Part shown: piece by piece, positions 1 to 10,530 of the stretch
Position numbering within the stretch: position 1 is the first letter of the stretch
Layout of the letters: each line of letters opens with the position of its first letter
Assembly: GCA_964057225.1 (NCBI GenBank)
Contig: OZ059898.1
Coordinates: 1,240,001-1,304,000 of the forward strand
Length of the DNA stretch: 64,000 nt
Direction: 5' to 3'
Source: Auanema rhodensis
Lineage: Eukaryota > Animalia > Nematoda
The notes under the pieces: generated by a model
What the model was told of the DNA's origin: nothing
What the model saw: the letters and a program-made list of their open reading frames with translations, nothing else
Databases searched by the model: none
Program-made: the position numbers and the translations under genes

Positions 1-5
1 AAACT

Positions 6-27
6 GATATAAGTTCACACTTATATC
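6..27. other. Inverted repeat 1 of the monomer (9-bp stem, 4-nt loop), repeated per monomer
   Basis: GATATAAGT (6-14), loop TCAC, ACTTATATC (19-27). The arms are perfect reverse complements. Confidence 0.95.
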
Positions 28-129
28 CTCGATTTTCACCCTGAAGAATTAATTTTTTCGTTGAATAACATTGTCCATCGTCTTTGCCTTGAAAAAAGGA
101 ATCTAAAAACATCTACTTTTTGCTAAATT

Positions 130-164
130 ATTTTGAAATTTTTCGAAAAAATTTTTGTCAAAAT
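130..164. other. Inverted repeat 2 of the monomer: A/T-tract palindrome centred on a CpG
   Basis: Perfect 12-bp palindrome TTTTTCGAAAAA (139-150), flanked by complementary arms ATTTTGA (130-136) and TCAAAAT (158-164). Confidence 0.9.
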
Positions 165-177
165 GTTTTTGGAAGCA

Positions 178-205
178 ATGTTGAGTGTACATGGAAACTC
201 AACAT
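178..205. other. Inverted repeat 3 of the monomer (9-bp stem, 10-nt loop)
   Basis: ATGTTGAGT (178-186), loop GTACATGGAA, ACTCAACAT (197-205). The arms are perfect reverse complements. Confidence 0.95.
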
Positions 206-279
206 ACACTAATGCATCATTTTTCAAACGATCATAACTAATTTTTGTATTAAGCGTTTCTCAATGTGATATAGTGCAT

Positions 280-346
280 TCGATGCGGATTTTTAAGCTG
301 CGTCGATCTGTGTTATCAGATTTGCGCTAGCTTAAAAATGCACCGA
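280..346. other. Inverted repeat 4 of the monomer: long imperfect hairpin (about 67 nt)
   Basis: ATTTTTAAGCT (289-299) pairs perfectly with AGCTTAAAAAT (329-339). Inner pairs are GCG/CGC (300-302/325-327) and ATCTG/CAGAT (306-310/317-321), with loop TGTTAT. Outer arm TCGATGC (280-286) pairs with GCACCGA (340-346) with one mismatch, after a GG bulge. Confidence 0.9.
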
Positions 347-3300
347 GATATAAACTGATATAAGTTCACACTTATATCCTCGATTTTCACCCTGAAGAAT
401 TAATTTTTTCGTTGAATAACATTGTCCATCGTCTTTGCCTTGAAAGAAGGAATCTAAAAACATCTACTTTTTGCTAAATTATTTTGAAATTTTTCGAAAA
501 AATTTTTGTCAAAATGTTTTTGGAAGCAATGTTGAGTGTACATGGAAACTCAACATACACTAATGCATCATTTTTCAAACGATCATAACTAATTTTTGTA
601 TTAAGCGTTTCTCAATGTGATATAGTGCATTCGATGCGGATTTTTAAGCTGCGTCGATCTGTGTTATCAGATTTGCGCTAGCTTAAAAATGCACCGAGAT
701 ATAAACTGATATAAGTTCACACTTATATCCTCGATTTTCACCCTGAAGAATTAATTTTTTCGTTGAATAACATTGTCCATCGTCTCTGCCTTGAAAAAAG
801 GAATCTAAAAACATCTACTTTTTGCTAAATTATTTTGAAATTTTTCGAAAAAATTTTTGTCAAAATGTTTTTGGAAGCAATGTTGAGTGTACATGGAAAC
901 TCAACATACACTAATGCATCATTTTTCAAACGATCATAACTAATTTTTGTATTAAACGTTTTTCAATGTAGTATAGTGCATTCGATGCGGATTTTTAAGC
1001 TGCGTCGATCTGTGTTATCAGATTTGCGCTAGCTTAAAAATGCACCGAGATATAAACTGATATAAGTTCACACTTATATCCTCGATTTTCACCCTGAAGA
1101 ATTAATTTTTTCGTCGAATAACATTGTCCATCGTCTTTGCCTTGAAAAAAGGAATCTAAAAACATCTACTTTTTGCTAAATTATCTTAAAATTTTTCGAA
1201 AAAATTTTTGTCAAAATGTTTTTGGAAGCAATGTTGAGTGTACATGGAAACTCAACATACACTAATGCATCATTTTTCAAACGATCATAACTAATTTCTG
1301 TATTAAGCGTTTCTCAATGTAGTATAGTGCATTCGATGCGGATTTTTAAGCTGCGTCGATCTGTGTTATCAGATTTGCGCTAGCTTAAAAATGCACCGAG
1401 ATATAAACTGATATAAGTTCACACTTATATCCTCGATTTTAACCCTGAAGAATTAATTTTTTCGTTGAATAACATTGTCCATCGTCTTTGCCTTGAAAGA
1501 AGGAATCTAAAAACATCTACTTTTTGCTAAATTATTTTGAAATTTTTCGAAAAAATTTTTGTCAAAATGTTTTTGGAAGCAATGTTGAGTGTACATGGAA
1601 ACTCAACATACACTAATGCATCATTTTTCAAACGATCATAACTAATTTTTGTATTAAGCGTTTCTCAATGTAGTATAGTGCATTCGATGCGGATTTTTAA
1701 GCTGCGTCGATCTGTGTTATCAGATTTGCGCTAGCTTAAAAATGCACCGAGATATCAACTGGTATAAGTTCACACTTATATCCTCGATTTTAACCCTGAA
1801 GAATTAATTTTTTCGTCGAATAACATTGTCCATCGTCTTTGCCTTGAAAAAAGGAATCTAAAAACATCTACTTTTTGCTAAATTATCTTAAAATTTTTCG
1901 AAAAAATTTTTGTCAAAATGTTTTTGGAAGCAATGTTGAGTGTACATGGAAACTCAACATACACTAATGCATCATTTTTCAAACGATCATAACTAATTTC
2001 TGTATTAAGCGTTTCTCAATGTAGTATAGTGCATTCGATGCGGATTTTTAAGCTGCGTCGATCTGTGTTATCAGATTTGCGCTAGCTTAAAAATGCACCG
2101 AGATATAAACTGATATAAGTTCACACTTATATCCTCGATTTTCACCCTGAAGAATTAATTTTTTCGTTGAATAACATTGTCCATCGTCTTTGCCTTGAAA
2201 AAAGGAATCTAAAAACATCTACTTTTTGCTAAATTATTTTGAAATTTTTCGAAAAAATTTTTGTCAAAATGTTTTTGGAAGCAATGTTGAGTGTACATGG
2301 AAACTCAACATACACTAATGCATCATTTTTCAAACGATCATAACTAATTTTTGTATTAAGCGTTTCTCAATGTAGTATAGTGCATTCGATGCGGATTTTT
2401 AAGCTGCGTCGTTCTGTGTTATCAGATTTGCGCTAGCTTAAAAATGCACCGAGATATCAACTGATATAAGTTCACACTTATATCCTCGATTTTCACCCTG
2501 AAGAATTAATTTTTTCGTTGAATAACATTGTCCATCGTCTTTGCCTTGAAGAAAGGAATCTAAACAATTCTACTTTTTGCTAAATTATTTTGAAATTTTT
2601 CGAAAAAATTTTTGTCAAAATGTTTTTGGAAGCAATGTTGAGTGTACATGGAAACTCAACATACACTAATGCATCATTTTTCAAACGATCATAACTAATT
2701 TTTGTATTAAGCGTTTCTCAATGTAGTATAGTGCATTCGATGCGGATTTTTAAGCTGCGTCGATCTGTGTTATCAGATTTGCGCTAGCTTAAAAATGCAC
2801 CGAGATATAAACTGATATAAGTTCACACTTATATCCTCGATTTTCACCCTGAAGAATTAATTTTTTCGTTGAATAACATTGTCCATCGTCTTTGCCTTGA
2901 AAAAAGGAATCTAAAAACATCTACTTTTTGCTAAATTATTCTGAAATTTTTCGAAAAAATTTTTGTCAAAATGTTTTTGGAAGCAATGTTGAGTGTACAT
3001 GGAAACTCAACATACACTAATGCATCATTTTTCAAACGATCATAACTTATTTTTGTATTAAGCGTTTCTCAATGTGATATAGTGCATTCGATGCGGATTT
3101 TTAAGCTGCGTCGATCTGTGTTATCAGATTTGCGCTAGCTTAAAAATGCACCGAGATATAAACTGATATAAGTTCACACTTATATCCTCGATTTTCACCC
3201 TGAAGAATTAATTTTTTCGTTGAATAACATTGTCCATCGTCTTTGCCTTGAAAGAAGGAATCTAAAAACATCTACTTTTTGCTAAATTATTTTGAAATTT

Positions 3301-6300
3301 TTCGAAAAAATTTTTGTCAAAATGTTTTTGGAAGCAATGTTGAGTGTACATGGAAACTCAACATACACTAATGCATCATTTTTCAAACGATCATAACTAA
3401 TTTTTGTATTAAGCGTTTCTCAATGTGATATAGTGCATTCGATGCGGATTTTTAAGCTGCGTCGATCTGTGTTATCAGATTTGCGCTAGCTTAAAAATGC
3501 ACCGAGATATCAACTGATATAAGTTCACACTTATATCCTCGATTTTCACCCTGAAGAATTAATTTTTTCGTTGAATAACATTGTCCATCGTCTCTGCCTT
3601 GAAAAAAGGAATCTAAAAACATCTACTTTTTGCTAAATTATTTTGAAATTTTTCGAAAAAATTTTTGTCAAAATGTTTTTGGAAGCAATGTTGAGTGTAC
3701 ATGGAAACTCAACATACACTAATGCATCATTTTTCAAACGATCATAACTAATTTTTGTATTAAACGTTTTTCAATGTAGTATAGTGCATTCGATGCGGAT
3801 TTTTAAGCTGCGTCGATCTGTGTTATCAGATTTGCGCTAGCTTAAAAATGCACCGAGATATAAACTGATATAAGTTCACACTTATATCCTCGATTTTCAC
3901 CCTGAAGAATTAATTTTTTCGTTGAATAACATTGTCCATCGTCTTTGCCTTGAAAAAAGGAATCTAAAAACATCTACTTTTTGCTAAATTATTTTGAAAT
4001 TTTTCGAAAAAATTTTTGTCAAAATGTTTTTGGAAGCAATGTTGAGTGTACATGGAAACTCAACATACACTAATGCATCATTTTTCAAACGATCATAACT
4101 AATTTTTGTATTAAGCGTTTCTCAATGTAGTATAGTGCATTCGATGCGGATTTTTAAGCTGCGTCGATCTGTGTTATCAGATTTGCGCTAGCTTAAAAAT
4201 GCACCGAGATATAAACTGATATAAGTTCACACTTATATCCTCGATTTTCACCCTGAAGAATTAATTTTTTCGTTGAATAACATTGTCCATCGTCTTTGCC
4301 TTGAAAAAAGGAATCTAAAAACATCTACTTTTTGCTAAATTATTTTGAAATTTTTCGAAAAAATTTTTGTCAAAATGTTTTTGGAAGCAATGTTGAGTGT
4401 ACATGGAAACTCAACATACACTAATGCATCATTTTTCAAACGATCATAACTAATTTTTGTATTAAGCGTTTCTCAATGTGATATAGTGCATTCGATGCGG
4501 ATTTTTAAGCTGCGTCGATCTGTGTTATCAGATTTGCGCTAGCTTAAAAATGCACCGAGATATAAACTGATATAAGTTCACACTTATATCCTCGATTTTC
4601 ACCCTGAAGAATTAATTTTTTCGTTGAATAACATTGTCCATCGTCTTTGCCTTGAAAAAAGGAATCTAAAAACATCTACTTTTTGCTAAATTATTTTGAA
4701 ATTTTTCGAAAAAATTTTTGTCAAAATGTTTTTGGAAGCAATGTTGAGTGTACATGGAAACTCAACATACACTAATGCATCATTTTTCAAACGATCATAA
4801 CTAATTTTTGTATTAAGCGTTTCTCAATGTGATATAGTGCATTCGATGCGGATTTTTAAGCTGCGTCGATCTGTGTTATCAGATTTGCGCTAGCTTAAAA
4901 ATGCACCGAGATATAAACTGATATAAGTTCACACTTATATCCTCGATTTTCACCCTGAAGAATTAATTTTTTCGTTGAATAACATTGTCCATCGTCTTTG
5001 CCTTGAAAGAAGGAATCTAAAAACATCTACTTTTTGCTAAATTATTTTGAAATTTTTCGAAAAAATTTTTGTCAAAATGTTTTTGGAAGCAATGTTGAGT
5101 GTACATGGAAACTCAACATACACTAATGCATCATTTTTCAAACGATCATAACTAATTTTTGTATTAAGCGTTTCTCAATGTGATATAGTGCATTCGATGC
5201 GGATTTTTCAGCTGCGTCGATCTGTGTTATCAGATTTGCGCTAGCTTAAAAATGCACCGAGATATAAACTGATATAAGTTCACACTTATATCCTCGATTT
5301 TCACCCTGAAGAATTAATTTTTTCGTTGAATAACATTGTCCATCGTCTCTGCCTTGAAAAAAGGAATCTAAAAACATCTACTTTTTGCTAAATTATTTTG
5401 AAATTTTTCGAAAAAATTTTTGTCAAAATGTTTTTGGAAGCAATGTTGAGTGTACATGGAAACTCAACATACACTAATGCATCATTTTTCAAACGATCAT
5501 AACTAATTTTTGTATTAAGCGTTTCTCAATGTAGTATAGTGCATTCGATGCGGATTTTTAAGCTGCGTCGATCTGTGTTATCAGATTTGCGCTAGCTTGA
5601 AAATGCACCGAGATATAAACTGATATAAGTTCACACTTATATTCTCGATTTTCACCCTGAAGAATTAATTTTTTCGTTGAATAACATTGTCCATCGTCTT
5701 TGCCTTGAAAAAAGGAATCTAAAAACATCTACTTTTTGCTAAATTATTTTGAAATTTTTCGAAAAAATTTTTGTCAAAATGTTTTTGGAAGCAATGTTGA
5801 GTGTACATGGAAACTCAACATACACTAATGCATCATTTTTCAAACGATCATAACTAATTTTTGTATTAAGCGTTTCTCAATGTGGTATAGTGCATTCGAT
5901 GCGGATTTTTAAGCTGCGTCGATCTGTGTTATCAGATTTGCGCTAGCTTAAAAATGCACCGAGATATAAACTGATATAAGTTCACACTTATATCCTCGAT
6001 TTTCACCCTGAAGAATTAATTTTTTCGTTGAATAACATTGTCCATCGTCTTTGCCTTGAAAAAAGGAATCTAAAAACATCTACTTTTTGCTAAATTATCT
6101 TGAAATTTTTCGAAAAAATTTTTGTCAAAATGTTTTTGGAAGCAATGTTGAGTGTACATGGAAACTCAACATACACTAATGCATCATTTTTCAAACGATC
6201 ATAACTAATTTTTGTATTAAGCGTTTCTCAATGTGGTATAGTGCATTCGATGCGGATTTTTAAGCTGCGTCGATCTGTGTTATCAGATTTGCGCTAGCTT

Positions 6301-9300
6301 AAAAATGCACCGAGATATAAACTGATATAAGTTCACACTTATATTCTCGATTTTCACCCTGAAGAATTAATTTTTTCGTTGAATAACATTGTCCATCGTC
6401 TTTGCCTTGAGAAAAGGAATCTAAAAACATCTACTTTTTGCTAAATTATTTTGAAATTTTTCGAAAAAATTTTTGTCAAAATGTTTTTGGAAGCAATGTT
6501 GAGTGTACATGGAAACTCAACATACACTAATGCATCATTTTTCAAACGATCATAACTAATTTTTGTATTAAGCGTTTCTCAATGTGGTATAGTGCATTCG
6601 ATGCGGATTTTTAAGCTGCGTCGATCTGTGTTATCAGATTTGCGCTAGCTTAAAAATGCACCGAGATATCAACTGATATAAGTTCACACTTATATCCTCG
6701 ATTTTCACCCTGAAGAATTAATTTTTTCGTTGAATAACATTGTCCATCGTCTTTGCCTTGAAAAAAGGAATCTAAAAACATCTACTTTTTGCTAAATTAT
6801 TTTGAAATTTTTCGAAAAAATTTTTGTCAAAATGTTTTTGGAAGCAATGTTGAGTGTACATGGAAACTCAACATACACTAATGCATTATTTTTCAAACGA
6901 TCATAACTAATTTTTGTATTAAGCGTTTCTCAATGTAGTATAGTGCATTCGATGCGGATTTTTAAGCTGCGTCGATCTGTGTTATCAGATTTGCGCTAGC
7001 TTAAAAATGCACCGAGATATCAACTGATATAAGTTCACACTTATATCCTCGATTTTCACCCTGAAGAATTAATTTTTTCGTTGAATAACATTGTCCATCG
7101 TCTTTGCCTTGAAAAAAGGAATCTAAAAACATCTACTTTTTGCTAAATTATTTTGAAATTTTTCGAAAAAATTTTTGTCAAAATGTTTTTGGAAGCAATG
7201 TTGAGTGTACATGGAAACTCAACATACACTAATGCATCATTTTTCAAACGATCATAACTAATTTTTGTATTAAGCGTTTCTCAATGTAGTATAGTGCATT
7301 CGATGCGGATTTTTAAGCTGCGTCGATCTGTGTTATCAGATTTGCGCTAGCTTAAAAATGCACCGAGATATCAACTGGTATAAGTTCACACTTATATCCT
7401 CGATTTTCACCCTGAAGAATTAATTTTTTCGTTGAATAACATTGTCCATCGTCTTTGCCTTGAAAAAAGGAATCTAAAAACATCTACTTTTTGCTAAATT
7501 ATTTTGAAATTTTTCGAAAAAATTTTTGTCAAAATGTTTTTGGAAGCAATGTTGAGTGTACATGGAAACTCAACATACACTAATGCATCATTTTTCAAAC
7601 GATCATAACTAATTTTTGTATTAAGCGTTTCTCAATGTAGTATAGTGCATTCGATGCGGATTTTTAAGCTGCGTCGATCTGTGTTATCAGATTTGCGCTA
7701 GCTTAAAAATGCACCGAGATATCAACTGATATAAGTTCACACTTATATCCTCGATTTTCACCCTGAAGAATTAATTTTTTCGTTGAATAACATTGTCCAT
7801 CGTCTTTGCCTTGAAAAAAGGAATCTAAAAACATCTACTTTTTGCTAAATTATTTTGAAATTTTTCGAAAAAATTTTTGTCAAAATGTTTTTGGAAGCAA
7901 TGTTGAGTGTACATGGAAACTCAACATACACTAATGCATCATTTTTCAAACGATCATAACTAATTTTTGTATTAAGCGTTTCTCAATGTAGTATAGTGCA
8001 TTCGATGCGGATTTTTAAGCTGCGTCGATCTGTGTTTTCAGATTTGCGCTAGCTTAAAAATGCACCGAGATATCAACTGATATAAGTTCACACTTATATC
8101 CTCGATTTTCACCCTGAAGAATTAATTTTTTCGTTGAATAACATTGTCCATCGTCTTTGCCTTGAAAAAAGGAATCTAAAAACATCTACTTTTTGCTAAA
8201 TTATTTTGAAATTTTTCGAAAAAATTTTTGTCAAAATGTTTTTGGAAGCAATGTTGAGTGTACATGGAAACTCAACATACACTAATGCATCATTTTTCAA
8301 ACGATCATAACTAATTTTTGTATTAAGCGTTTCTCAATGTAGTCTAGTGCATTCAATGCGGATTTTTAAGCTGCGTCGATCTGTGTTATCAGATTTGCGC
8401 TAGCTTAAAAATGCACCGAGATATCAACTGATATAAGTTCACACTTATATCCTCGATTTTCACCCTGAAGAATTAATTTTTTCGTTGAATAACATTGTCC
8501 ATCGTCTTTGCCTTGAAAAAAGGAATCTAAAAACATCTACTTTTTGCTAAATTATTTTGAAATTTTTCGAAAAAATTTTTGTCAAAATGTTTTTGGAAGC
8601 AATGTTGAGTGTACATGGAAACTCAACATACACTAATGCATCATTTTTCAAACGATCATAACTAATTTTTGTATTAAGCGTTTCTCAATGTAGTATAGTG
8701 CATTCGATGCGGATTTTTAAGCTGCGTCGATCTGTGTTATCAGATTTGCGCTAGCTTAAAAATGCACCGAGATATCAACTGGTATAAGTTCACACTTATA
8801 TCCTCGATTTTAACCCTGAAGAATTAATTTTTTCGTCGAATAACATTGTCCATCGTCTTTGCCTTGAAAAAAGGAATCTAAAAACATCTACTTTTTGCTA
8901 AATTATCTTGAAATTTTTCGAAAAAATTTTTGTCAAAATGTTTTTGGAAGCAATGTTGAGTGTACATGGAAACTCAACATACACTAATGCATCATTTTTC
9001 AAACGATCATAACTAATTTCTGTATTAAGCGTTTCTCAATGTAGTATAGTGCATTCGATGCGGATTTTTAAGCTGCGTCGATCTGTGTTATCAGATTTGC
9101 GCTAGCTTAAAAATGCACCGAGATATCAACTGATATAAGTTCACACTTATATCCTCGATTTTCACCCTGAAGAATTAATTTTTTAGTTGAATAACATTGT
9201 CCATCGTCTTTGCCTTGAAAAAAGGAATCTAAAAACATCTACTTTTTGCTAAATTATTTTGAAATTTTTCGAAAAAATTTTTGTCAAAATGTTTTTGGAA

Positions 9301-10530
9301 GCAATGTTGAGTGTACATGGAAACTCAACATACACTAATGCATCATTTTTCAAACGATCATAACTAATTTTTGTATTAAGCGTTTCTCAATGTAGTATAG
9401 TGCATTCGATGCGGATTTTTAAGCTGCGTCGATCTGTGTTATCAGATTTGCGCTAGCTTAAAAATGCACCGAGATATCAACTGGTATAAGTTCACACTTA
9501 TATCCTCGATTTTAACCCTGAAGAATTAATTTTTTCGTCGAATAACATTGTCCATCGTCTTTGCCTTGAAAAAAGGAATCTAAAAACATCTACTTTTTGC
9601 TAAATTATCTTAAAATTTTTCGAAAAAATTTTTGTCAAAATGTTTTTGGAAGCAATGTTGAGTGTACATGGAAACTCAACATACACTAATGCATCATTTT
9701 TCAAACGATCATAACTAATTTTTGTATTAAGCGTTTCTCAATGTGGTATAGTGCATTCGATGCGGATTTTTAAGCTGCGTCGATCTGTGTTATCAGATTT
9801 GCGCTAGCTTAAAAATGCACCGAGATATAAACTGATATAAGTTCACACTTATATCCTCGATTTTCACCCTGAAGAATTAATTTTTTCGTTGAATAACATT
9901 GTCCATCGTCTTTGCCTTGAAAAAAGGAATCTAAAAACATCTACTTTTTGCTAAATTATCTTGAAATTTTTCGAAAAAATTTTTGTCAAAATGTTTTTGG
10001 AAGCAATGTTGAGTGTACATGGAAACTCAACATACACTAATGCATCATTTTTCAAACGATCATAACTAATTTTTGTATTAAGCGTTTCTCAATGTGGTAT
10101 AGTGCATTCGATGCGGATTTTTAAGCTGCGTCGATCTGTGTTATCAGATTTGCGCTAGCTTAAAAATGCACCGAGATATCAACTGGTATAAGTTCACACT
10201 TATATCCTCGATTTTAACCCTGAAGAATTAATTTTTTCGTCGAATAACATTGTCCATCGTCTTTGCCTTGAAAAAAGGAATCTAAAAACATCTACTTTTT
10301 GCTAAATTATCTTAAAATTTTTCGAAAAAATTTTTGTCAAAATGTTTTTGGAAGCAATGTTGAGTGTACATGGAAACTCAACATACACTAATGCATCATT
10401 TTTCAAACGATCATAACTAATTTCTGTATTAAGCGTTTCTCAATGTAGTATAGTGCATTCGATGCGGATTTTTAAGCTGCGTCGATCTGTGTTATCAGAT
10501 TTGCGCTAGCTTAAAAATGCACCGAGATAT

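Larger units (their letters stand above)
1..351. repeat. Representative 351-bp monomer (U1; phase set arbitrarily by the window start)
   Basis: Hand count gives 56 C + 53 G in 351 nt (31% GC), 12 CpG and many A/T tracts of 4-6 nt. It includes sites for BstBI (TTCGAA m142), BsrGI (TGTACA m186), NsiI (ATGCAT m212) and NheI (GCTAGC m326), which should give a 351-bp ladder on digestion. Confidence 0.98.

Noticed and set aside
56-72. CENP-B-box-like TTTCGTTGAATAACATT
   Set aside because: It matches only the 5' half of the box (TTCG....A). The essential CGGG is absent.
150-248. AATTTTTGT (m150, m240) as an Sm-site-like motif of an snRNA or spliced-leader RNA tandem array
   Set aside because: Such motifs are expected by chance in T-tract-rich DNA and end in GT rather than the consensus GR. 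I recognise no snRNA or spliced-leader sequence.
279-305. TTAAGCTGCGTCG resembles a short internal stretch of insect 5S rRNA as I recall it, and the unit length is similar to some 5S rDNA repeats
   Set aside because: The resemblance is about 13 nt and from memory. The monomer is 31% GC and has no 120-nt 5S-like region or box C. An Infernal/Rfam search (RF00001) would settle it.
178-346. Hairpins as bacterial intrinsic terminators, or AT-rich stretches as promoters
   Set aside because: There are no genes to regulate, the stems are AT-rich without a properly placed U-tract, and the context is a eukaryote-type satellite.
1-351. Assignment to a named satellite of similar length (Drosophila 1.688/359-bp family, Tribolium ~360-bp satellite)
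   Set aside because: Only length and AT-richness are similar, and I recognise no sequence identity. A BLAST or Dfam search is needed.
22-352. Monomer as a tandem MITE bounded by TATATCCTCG ... CGAGATATA terminal inverted repeats
   Set aside because: The match is short and imperfect, no target-site duplication is evident, and no array end or dispersed copy is visible to define element boundaries.
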